Virus record (IMG/VR): IMGVR_UViG_3300045988_010479
From: a virus
Reading direction: 5' to 3' (one strand)
Length of the DNA stretch: 6,008 bases
Positions 1-5,300 of the stretch are shown here, one piece after another (position 1 is the first letter of the stretch; every line of letters begins with the position of its first letter). Position numbers and translations under genes: made by a program. The notes below the pieces were generated by a model. That model made no database searches. It had not been told where the DNA came from and worked only from the letters and a program-made list of their open reading frames with translations.

Positions 1-662
1 ATTTTTTTTGTAACGTATCCTGCAACATATCTATATGTCTCTGGCACTGCTTGTGCTATCTGTATTTGACCCATGTCCCATAGTTCTGATAGCCATTTAC
101 TTGTGTAATATCCGTTGTGCTGTATCTTGTATAGGTGCTCAAGGTCTGTTGGTTGCCATCCATACAGTATCATATGATAATGCGGCCTAGCTGTTTGTTC
201 TCCGTACTCTCCGGCTATAAAATAGCGTAATTTGCCGCTATAAGCCTTTCTGAGACGTTTTAAGAATTTTTGAATGTCAGTATACAGTAACGTTTGTACG
301 CTTTCAGGGCGCTTCTCTCCTGGCTTCCAGACGTATTGTACTTTTCGCATGATTTCGCCTGTGTTTATTATCATGCCCGGTACATGGTCATCATCATAAG
401 TTAATGTGATAAACCAAACTTCTTCTCTTGGATAATCTCTTGCTTCTAATTCTATTCGTGTTGTCCAGTCCTCACGCTGTCGAATTCTGCATCCGATACA
501 CTGCCCACATGGTATTAGCATGACATCTTTTCTATACATCAAATCTTCATATCTTAGCTGCTTCCCGCTTATTTCAGAAAAGCGGGCAAGTGAATACACT
601 TGCCCACTTATGTCTTTATTTTCCGGGTTGTACAGCCTTATTAATGGCTTGTAGCAACTCAC
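1..662 (-). CDS. VP4: Replication initiation protein Rep (VP4), N-terminal ~2/3. Continues across the circular junction into 5552-5983 (bases 1-74 = 5910-5983). Full protein 339 aa.
   Basis: Manual minus-strand translation of 662->1 is open in frame with the 5552..5983 ORF: VSCYKPLIRLYNPENKD...MLIPCGQCIGCRIRQREDWTTRIELE...VWFITLTYDDDH (RCR motif I, ~396-413)...RPHYHMILYG (HUH motif II, ~171-185)...then MGQIQ... of the 3' copy. Not in the ORF track because it is truncated at the window edge. Start assigned to GTG at 662-660, which overlaps the VP2 TGA stop (GTGA), on the assumption that the N-terminus M-x-C-x-x-P-L matches other gokushovirus VP4 N-termini. Alternative ATG starts at 539 or 521 have no better SD. 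Confidence 0.85.
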   Translation of the reverse strand, partial: MSCYKPLIRLYNPENKDISGQVYSLARFSEISGKQLRYEDLMYRKDVMLIPCGQCIGCRIRQREDWTTRIELEARDYPREEVWFITLTYDDDHVPGMIINTGEIMRKVQYVWKPGEKRPESVQTLLYTDIQKFLKRLRKAYSGKLRYFIAGEYGEQTARPHYHMILYGWQPTDLEHLYKIQHNGYYTSKWLSELWDMGQIQIAQAVPETYRYVAGYVTKK

Positions 663-1528
663 TTTAAGTAATCACCCGGCTTTCGTTTTTCTCCGTATGC
701 TCCGGTTTTGTCTTGTGGTTTCATGCTTCTGCTTTGTTCTGTGCTTTTTCCTTTTCCCATTTTATCCGTTGCCTTTGTGATGGCTTCTTTTGTGTTGTCT
801 CCGACTTCTGTAAGTGCTTTTTGCAGTCCGTAAGGCGTCATATGTGTTTCGCTTAGCATTTGTTGCCAGCTTTGCGCCGCGTTGTACCAGTCACTCTGAC
901 TCCAGCTTGAGCTTGAGTATGCATTTGGTACAAACCCTCCGCTTCGGCTTACTCCCAGTGCGCTGCTACTCGCCAGTCCCATACTTGCACCGCTGATTGT
1001 TCCGGCTGATCCGCCCGGTGTGCTTGCGCCTCCGTTTGCAAAGGCTAAGATAGGGTTAAGCCCTGCCTTTTTCATGTCTTCAACGGCTCGCTGGTATGCT
1101 GTGCTTGACATGTGCTCTTGCCATTCACGGTTTGCTAGTGCTTCTGCACTGTTGTAGCTCATTGCTACGCTGTTTTCGATGTGGTTATATACGCCTTGCA
1201 TGATTGCTTGTAAGGTGTTGTAACCCATCTGTTTAAGCATACTCTGACTGTTGTATTTACCTTGCATGGCAGCTTCTTGCCCTTGGTATGCGTATGCCTG
1301 TTTTAGCCAGTCATTTACCTGTTGAATGTTTGTCCCGGCTTGACTTCCACTTTCAGAGTGTCCACCACCCTGACTTACGCTTCCGCCTTGGCTTTGGCTG
1401 TTTCCTGTCTGACCCCATCCGCCGAATGCTCCGGCTACTTGTTTGCTAGCGTTTGCAACTGTTCCGACTGTGTTTGCGATGTTCCCGGCTACGTTGAGTG
1501 CTGTTAAAAATCCTGATAATGCTCCCAT
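659..1528 (-). CDS. VP2: Minor capsid / DNA pilot protein VP2 (289 aa), Gly/Ser/Gln-rich
   Basis: ORF track. ATG at 1528-1526. N-terminus MGALSGFLTALNVAGNIANTVG and a G/S/Q-rich low-complexity core typical of gokushovirus VP2. Immediately follows VP1, as in other Microviridae. Stop TGA at 661-659. Confidence 0.8.
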   Translation of the reverse strand: MGALSGFLTALNVAGNIANTVGTVANASKQVAGAFGGWGQTGNSQSQGGSVSQGGGHSESGSQAGTNIQQVNDWLKQAYAYQGQEAAMQGKYNSQSMLKQMGYNTLQAIMQGVYNHIENSVAMSYNSAEALANREWQEHMSSTAYQRAVEDMKKAGLNPILAFANGGASTPGGSAGTISGASMGLASSSALGVSRSGGFVPNAYSSSSWSQSDWYNAAQSWQQMLSETHMTPYGLQKALTEVGDNTKEAITKATDKMGKGKSTEQSRSMKPQDKTGAYGEKRKPGDYLK

Positions 1529-1536
1529 TTAAAAAT

Positions 1537-1556
1537 AGCCCGGATTTCTCCGGGCT
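1537..1556 (-). terminator. Intercistronic GNRA-tetraloop hairpin plus U-tract between VP1 stop and VP2 start. Candidate partial intrinsic terminator and split-SD translational element.
   Basis: Minus-strand RNA: UAA GAAAGGAGGA AGCCCGGA GAAA UCCGGGCU AUUUUUAA AUG. Perfect 8-bp stem (1537-1544 / 1549-1556), GAAA loop, followed by AUUUUUAA. AGGAGG (1563-1558) lies 5' of the hairpin, ~30 nt from the ATG linearly but ~9 nt when the hairpin is folded. Confidence 0.55.
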
Positions 1557-1566
1557 TCCTCCTTTC

Positions 1567-3270
1567 TTACAGTTTGTACAAGCCTGGCACACTGTACAAC
1601 GGCATCCGTCTTGTGGTATTGTTTGCTACTCGGATTGCTCCGAAAAATTGTGGTTCATCTTGCACGATGAGCGTTCGTGCAATTTCTTCCTTTCCTTCCG
1701 ACATCCACTCTTGCGACAGCGTTGGTACGTTTGGATAGTTGTCTGCATAGTGCCAGAAGTCCAGTGTGCCTTCTGCATTGCTTCTCATTTTGCCAGATAC
1801 CCGGTTAGGCTTCATTCTGTAGTCGCTCCAGGCCTCCTGGTAGCCGAAGACCTCCTCATCGCTTGCTTCGCCGGTTAACATGATTTCTTTCTTTTTGACA
1901 GGTTGTTCTCCCAGGTTTGCAAACTGCGGCACGTAGTAGTCAAGTCTGTCTGTTCTGCTCCAGAAACGTTCTAGGCCTTGCTGGTAACTGTGATTGTGCC
2001 GTACACAACAAACACCGATTACAAAACCGTGCTCTTCGAACGATTTGGTAAAGCTGCTTTCGTTGATTGGCGTTACTGACATTGCGCCGGTTTCACCGAT
2101 AGGTGTATCTGCGTTGCTCTGCTGTCCGCTTGTCTGCACGATTTGGTTCATGTTGACGTGATATCTGCCGCCGCCAAGATATTCCGGTACCTGTACTGTT
2201 TTGTCAGAGATAACCACGTTCCACAGTGCTTGTACCTGTTCACGGTAACGGCTGCCACCTCGTGCCAGTGCTTCGTAGTACTGCTGTACTGCTACGGCTT
2301 TTCTCAGGTCGTTTATGGTTGTTGCGGCTATTGATTCGAGGTCTGCATACATCCATCCCCCTGTGCCTGTTTCGGTGCTTGATTTTTCTGTTCCGGTGAA
2401 TTGCATTGCTTTTTTTTCTCCGGGTGCTCCGGTGGAATTTACGTACACTAGAGATCCGGCTGTGTTGACTCCGTGTGCACCTACTACCATTTCTACCGGT
2501 CCGTCGAAATTTTGGTAATTTCCGTCTGGGCTTCCCAATCTGATAGGTGCGTTTCCTGTCATTGGCATCGTCACTTCCGGCCCACGTTGCGGATATGGGA
2601 GACAGCTTGTGAAGTAGTCGTGGAACTTGTTTACCGGTAAACAAAAGCCTCCTTTGTATGCGTTTTCCAATCTGATTTCAATTGTTGCATCTTTTTCGTT
2701 TGGTTTGCTAGTTAGCCCTGTATCGTATTCCACATCTTGGCTGTTCGTTATGATTGTTGCTGCGTTTTCTACGTTTTCGTCTCTGAAATACTCATTCCAG
2801 ATTTTTACATATCCTCTGATTGGTAGTGCGTTGATTTTGAATGTTTTTTTTATTTTTGTTGGCACTCCCATGTAGTCAAGGATAGTTCCTTCTTCTGGCT
2901 TTGGATTTCCTCCTGCTTTTACGGTTACTGTGATTTGTGGTACTTTGTATTCTTTTTTTGGCATCCAAGGTGTATCTTCTACTTCTCCCATGAACTGTTT
3001 GAAGTCATCCCATAGGATTCTATTTGGACAATAGAAGTAGTATAAGTCAATGAATGCATCATCCATCACCGGATATTTCGGTGTGGTCATTCTGATAATT
3101 GCTGAGGTATCTACGTTGAAGGTGTCGCCCGGTAATACTTCGTCCACGTAAAACGGAATCAGTTTGCCGGAATCAAATGTTGTGAGAATAATCTGGTCAC
3201 GGTTGAATCGTGTTCGACTTGCTCTCATTTCTGGAATTTGATTGAAGTGCCGTTCATTGTTTCGATTCAC
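1567..3270 (-). CDS. VP1: Major capsid protein VP1 (567 aa)
   Basis: ORF track. N-terminus ERHFNQIPEMRASRTRFNRDQIILTTFDSGKLIPFYVDEVLPGDTF matches the conserved gokushovirus VP1 N-terminal region (F..IP...R..FDRS..TTFDAG.LIP...DEVLPGDTF). Start is GTG at 3270-3268, preceded by AAAGGAGGAGGAAAA (strong SD), and overlaps the VP3 TGA stop (GTGA). Stop TAA at 1569-1567. Confidence 0.95.
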   Translation of the reverse strand: MNRNNERHFNQIPEMRASRTRFNRDQIILTTFDSGKLIPFYVDEVLPGDTFNVDTSAIIRMTTPKYPVMDDAFIDLYYFYCPNRILWDDFKQFMGEVEDTPWMPKKEYKVPQITVTVKAGGNPKPEEGTILDYMGVPTKIKKTFKINALPIRGYVKIWNEYFRDENVENAATIITNSQDVEYDTGLTSKPNEKDATIEIRLENAYKGGFCLPVNKFHDYFTSCLPYPQRGPEVTMPMTGNAPIRLGSPDGNYQNFDGPVEMVVGAHGVNTAGSLVYVNSTGAPGEKKAMQFTGTEKSSTETGTGGWMYADLESIAATTINDLRKAVAVQQYYEALARGGSRYREQVQALWNVVISDKTVQVPEYLGGGRYHVNMNQIVQTSGQQSNADTPIGETGAMSVTPINESSFTKSFEEHGFVIGVCCVRHNHSYQQGLERFWSRTDRLDYYVPQFANLGEQPVKKKEIMLTGEASDEEVFGYQEAWSDYRMKPNRVSGKMRSNAEGTLDFWHYADNYPNVPTLSQEWMSEGKEEIARTLIVQDEPQFFGAIRVANNTTRRMPLYSVPGLYKL

Positions 3271-3677
3271 TTTTCCTCCTCCTTTGCTTTAGGTTCTGCT
3301 TTTGATTCTGTTTTTGCTCTTTCCGCTGCCATTTTTTGCAGTTCTTCAAGTTTCATGGCGTTTGCCTGTGCTGTTACAATCATGCGGTGATACTCGTGAA
3401 TGTTCTGCGGAAAATCTGTAATATCCGTGTATGTATCGCTTAACGCTCCTTCTGATAGGCTTTTCAGAAACTGCGGGTCGAAGCTTGCTTTTCGGACGAT
3501 GTTTTTGATATCACATTCGTCTGCATAGCTTTCAATTTCCTGCTGGATGTCGATTGGTGCAGTTTCTTGCAGTACTTCTTGTCCTTTTTCGTCCTTCGTC
3601 CATACGTACTGTTTCCGGAGCTTTTCTCCTGATTCAGAAAAGAAGGGCTTTCGCCCTTCTTCGTATCGTTTATTCAC
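3267..3677 (-). CDS. VP3: Internal scaffolding protein VP3 (136 aa from GTG 3677). The ORF is open to a TTG at 3737 (156 aa), which is the ORF-track start.
   Basis: Contains YADECDIKNIVRKASFDPQFL, matching the conserved ECDINNIV box of gokushovirus VP3. No ATG upstream of this box. GTG 3677 is preceded by GGGAGGGCAAGCCGC (SD GGGAGG, 9-nt spacer) and overlaps the stop of the upstream 79-aa ORF by 8 nt (GTGAATAA). TTG 3737 has no SD. Sits immediately 5' of VP1. Confidence 0.75.
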   Translation of the reverse strand: MNKRYEEGRKPFFSESGEKLRKQYVWTKDEKGQEVLQETAPIDIQQEIESYADECDIKNIVRKASFDPQFLKSLSEGALSDTYTDITDFPQNIHEYHRMIVTAQANAMKLEELQKMAAERAKTESKAEPKAKEEEK

Positions 3678-3909
3678 GCGGCTTGCCCTCCCATACCTTT
3701 TCCTTGTCGTTCGTGAACGTGCCTTGCTCGTCTTCAAACACTGCCAGTTTAAAGCCGGTATAGTCGCTGGGTGCCTGCCCTACAAACGTTTTTTCATCCT
3801 TTTCCATCACATTGCACATACGTGCAAAGGTTGCACTGTTTTTGCTCTCGCCTACCCATGCGTAGCACTTTGCTACACTGTCCCACAGGCCAAAATATTC
3901 ATGCTTCAT
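3670..3909 (-). CDS. Hypothetical protein, 79 aa (MKHEYFGLWDSVAKCYAWVGESKNS...)
   Basis: ORF track. ATG at 3909-3907, 10 nt downstream of a tandemly duplicated AAGGAGAATA SD that begins right after the J-like stop. Stop TAA 3672-3670 overlaps the VP3 GTG. No homology recognised by eye. Confidence 0.5.
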   Translation of the reverse strand: MKHEYFGLWDSVAKCYAWVGESKNSATFARMCNVMEKDEKTFVGQAPSDYTGFKLAVFEDEQGTFTNDKEKVWEGKPRE

Positions 3910-3915
3910 GATATC

Positions 3916-3935
3916 TATTCTCCTTTATTCTCCTT
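3916..3935 (-). promoter_or_regulatory. Tandemly duplicated 10-bp Shine-Dalgarno unit (minus strand AAGGAGAATA x2) between the J-like stop and the 79-aa ORF start
   Basis: Plus-strand tattctcctt at 3916-3925 and 3926-3935. Follows the J-like TAA directly (TAAAAAAGGAGAATAAAGGAGAATAGATATCATG). Confidence 0.5.
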
Positions 3936-3937
3936 TT

Positions 3938-4060
3938 TTACAGCCGGATGCCGCCTCTCATGGGCTTCTGACTGAGGTTGATAGCTTTGGTTTTTCGTGC
4001 TGTTACGTTAAACATGCGGCGGTCTTTTGCGCCGCTCATTACTTTACGATGTCGTGCCAT
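3938..4060 (-). CDS. Small arginine/lysine-rich DNA-binding (packaging) protein, J / ORF8 (VP8)-like, 40 aa: MARHRKVMSGAKDRRMFNVTARKTKAINLSQKPMRGGIRL
   Basis: Manual translation (below the 60-aa track cutoff). ATG at 4060-4058 with SD GAAGGGAG 7 nt upstream. Very basic (11 K/R/H of 40). C-terminal PMRGGIRL resembles the conserved C-terminus of gokushovirus ORF8/J-like proteins. Overlaps the 3' end of the 75-aa ORF by 17 nt. Stop TAA 3940-3938. Confidence 0.7.
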   Translation of the reverse strand: MARHRKVMSGAKDRRMFNVTARKTKAINLSQKPMRGGIRL

Positions 4061-4271
4061 TTTTATACTCCCTTCTGATTAGTTCTAATTCAATGACGTC
4101 TGTAAAGTCTTTCATTTGCCAAATTTCGTCCAATAGGTTTTTGGCATCGTCGATGTTTACTACTTTTCTAATCATTTTGTAGTTGCTATCGATTTCTTTG
4201 TACTTTCGTTTGAGTAACTCTTCTAGTGCTTCTTTGGTCTGGTCTCGCACGTTCCATGTCTTGTGCATCAT
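4044..4271 (-). CDS. Hypothetical protein, 75 aa (MMHKTWNVRDQTKEALEELLKRKYKEIDSNYKMIRK..., predicted helical and charged)
   Basis: ORF track. ATG 4271-4269 (second ATG 4268-4266). SD AGGAAAGGAG 6-7 nt upstream. Starts 3 nt after the stop of the upstream 40-aa ORF. Confidence 0.5.
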   Translation of the reverse strand: MMHKTWNVRDQTKEALEELLKRKYKEIDSNYKMIRKVVNIDDAKNLLDEIWQMKDFTDVIELELIRREYKNGTTS

Positions 4272-4274
4272 GGT

Positions 4275-4397
4275 TTACTCCTTTCCTTTTTCGTTGATGC
4301 TATCGTGCAGTGCATGATAGATTTCGTCTAGTTTTTCCAGAATCTGCATCATGATGCGGACTGCCTGCTTGACGTCTTTAATGGAAATTAGTGCCAT
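4275..4397 (-). CDS. Hypothetical small protein, 40 aa (MALISIKDVKQAVRIMMQILEKLDEIYHALHDSINEKGKE). The ORF-track version is extended 5' to an internal GTG at 4520 inside the peptidase gene.
   Basis: ATG 4397-4395 preceded by GAAAGGGGGTATAAA (strong SD, 6-7 nt spacer) and placed 1 nt after the peptidase TAA (TAAAATG). Exactly fills the gap between the peptidase and the 75-aa ORF. The 5' extension to 4520 would overlap the peptidase by 122 nt and lacks an SD. Confidence 0.45.
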   Translation of the reverse strand: MALISIKDVKQAVRIMMQILEKLDEIYHALHDSINEKGKE

Positions 4398-4398
4398 T

Positions 4399-4791
4399 TT
4401 ATACCCCCTTTCTGTACTTTTTTCCGGGTCGCACATCAAAGTGTACCCAGCTTTTATATACGATAATGCCGCATTCATCCGGGACGATTTCATCCAGTTT
4501 GTTGGCAAGTTCTTTTGCACTCATGTCATTGACCCGGATATCTGCTGCCATTCCGCGCATGTGGTAGCTGTATTTTGCTCCGTTGCATTTTTTGTTCCAT
4601 TCTGGTGTTCTGTATCCGCTGGTGATGATTACCGGCTTTCCTAGTTTATTTCGGAGGATGTCCAGAACGTTATATAAGTAGTCGTCTATGAATACTACCG
4701 GACTGCCGTCTTTACATGCAAATTCTTTTACTTTGAAGTGTTTTGCAAGTTGTACGTTTCCGTCTGTGTTCATGATATAGCTTTTAAGCAT
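4399..4791 (-). CDS. Peptidase_M15 family (M15A, zinc D-Ala-D-Ala carboxypeptidase-like, YcbK/endolysin-type) protein, 130 aa from ATG 4791. The ORF is open to TTG 4815 (138 aa).
   Basis: LAKHFKVKEFACKDGS N-terminal box plus zinc-ligand arrangement SYHMRGMAADIRV (H...D) and VHFDVR (H), characteristic of Peptidase_M15. ATG 4791 has AAGGAG 9 nt upstream and overlaps the TAA of the preceding 56-aa ORF (TAAGGAG). No signal peptide or TM segment. Confidence 0.8.
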   Translation of the reverse strand: MLKSYIMNTDGNVQLAKHFKVKEFACKDGSPVVFIDDYLYNVLDILRNKLGKPVIITSGYRTPEWNKKCNGAKYSYHMRGMAADIRVNDMSAKELANKLDEIVPDECGIIVYKSWVHFDVRPGKKYRKGV

Positions 4792-4804
4792 TTTTGTCAA
4801 CTCC

Positions 4805-4975
4805 TTAAAAATCAAATGTTTGGTCTATTCTGTAGAGCGTTACTTTTATTACGTTTGCTTCTGCTCTACATTTTTTCGCTTTTTCTTTTGCGTCTCTGGT
4901 TGTTTCTATCCACATCTTTTGTTCTTTTGTACCGTTTTCGAAATATACTCTTACCAAAAATTTGTACTGTCTCAT
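4805..4975 (-). CDS. Hypothetical protein, 56 aa from ATG 4975 (MRQYKFLVRVYFENGTKEQKMWIETTRDAKEKAKKCRAEANVIKVTLYRIDQTFDF). The track ORF is extended to GTG 5035 (76 aa).
   Basis: ATG 4975-4973 with GAAGGGAAGGT 7 nt upstream. The 5' extension to 5035 would cover a consensus extended -10 promoter, so the shorter form is preferred. First gene after the large non-coding region. Stop TAA 4807-4805. Confidence 0.45.
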   Translation of the reverse strand: MRQYKFLVRVYFENGTKEQKMWIETTRDAKEKAKKCRAEANVIKVTLYRIDQTFDF

Positions 4976-5006
4976 GGTTCTTACCTTCCCTTCTTTTTCT
5001 GATTCT

Positions 5007-5023
5007 ATTATACCATATGTCAA
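5007..5023 (-). promoter_or_regulatory. Candidate sigma-70-type extended -10 promoter driving the accessory operon (minus strand: TTGACA TATGG TATAAT, i.e. TGGTATAAT)
   Basis: Minus-strand TATAAT at 5012-5007 preceded by TGG (TGnTATAAT extended -10 consensus). A perfect TTGACA hexamer at 5023-5018 is only 5 bp away, too close to act as -35 for this -10. Predicted TSS ~5000, giving a ~25-nt leader with an SD before ATG 4975. Confidence 0.45.
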
Positions 5024-5059
5024 TAGGCTTTTCACTGATTTTCCTGTTTTGTAATAAAA

Positions 5060-5080
5060 TTGTAACCTTCTCTTGTAACC
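5060..5080. repeat. Direct repeat TTGTAACC x2 (5060-5067, 5073-5080) plus a related TTGTAAT (5049-5055), 35-75 bp upstream of the candidate promoter
   Basis: Read directly from the sequence: tttTGTAATaaaaTTGTAACCttctcTTGTAACCcgg. Confidence 0.5.
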
Positions 5081-5104
5081 CGGTTTTGCTCCTTTGTTTT
5101 GAAT

Positions 5105-5118
5105 GGCGCTTTAGCGCC
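5105..5118. repeat. Near-palindrome GGCGCTTTAGCGCC. Its core CGCTTTAGCG (5107-5116) is repeated directly at 5322-5331, bracketing the TTCAACA arrays.
   Basis: Exact 10-bp match at the two positions. First copy forms a 5-6-bp GC stem. Confidence 0.5.
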
Positions 5119-5180
5119 TTGCCGTGTGTAGCGCATGCGGAACTCGGCTAAATCCATTCCTTTTTAGCGCTGTGCGCGTT

Positions 5181-5300
5181 TTCAACACTTTCAACACTTT
5201 CAACACTTTCAACAGGTTTTCAACAAAATGTTGCACAATGATTTTCGTTATTTTGACGAACTTTCAACATTTCAACAAGTTTTCAACAAAACTTTCAACA
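5181..5300. repeat. Iteron-like arrays of TTCAACA (minus strand TGTTGAA), nine same-orientation copies. Array A: 5181, 5190, 5199, 5208 (exact 9-bp period, CTTTCAACA x4) plus 5219. Array B: 5263, 5271, 5282, 5294. Degenerate TTGCACA at 5231 and TTCAAC at 5348.
   Basis: Read directly from the sequence. All copies are non-coding and sit between the accessory-operon promoter and the rep 3' end. Confidence 0.85.

Noticed and set aside
2-9. A8/T8 homopolymer tracts inside coding regions (rep at 2-9 = 5911-5918, VP1 at 2410-2417 and 2844-2851) as possible slippage or phase-variation sites
   Set aside because: They encode in-frame Lys-Lys runs in AT-rich genes. There is no alternative frame with a plausible product downstream, and such tracts are common in low-GC phage genomes.
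814-3975. Remaining plus-strand ORFs in the track (814..996, 1322..1507, 1498..1878, 2143..2334, 2315..2518, 2627..2875, 3547..3975, 3554..3763, 4351..4644, 4820..5002, 5516..5824) and the minus-strand ORF 2240..2644
   Set aside because: All lie inside or antisense to the well-supported VP2, VP1, VP3, peptidase or rep genes, or are out of frame within VP1 (2240..2644, whose R/K/H-rich product comes from frame-shifted reading). None has an SD or a recognisable product.
4738-5151. Plus-strand 137-aa ORF, extremely hydrophobic (LLLLRLLLLYIFSLFLL...), which could be mistaken for a holin or membrane protein
   Set aside because: It is antisense to the 56-aa ORF, its SD and the candidate promoter. 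The F/L-rich translation is the expected artefact of reading AT-rich, purine-skewed coding DNA backwards. There is no SD, and all real genes in this genome are on the other strand.
5181-5300. CRISPR array or mini-array as an explanation for the regularly spaced repeats
   Set aside because: The repeat unit is 7-9 bp with no unique spacers of 25-40 bp. The period and structure are wrong for CRISPR, and these are iteron-like short repeats.
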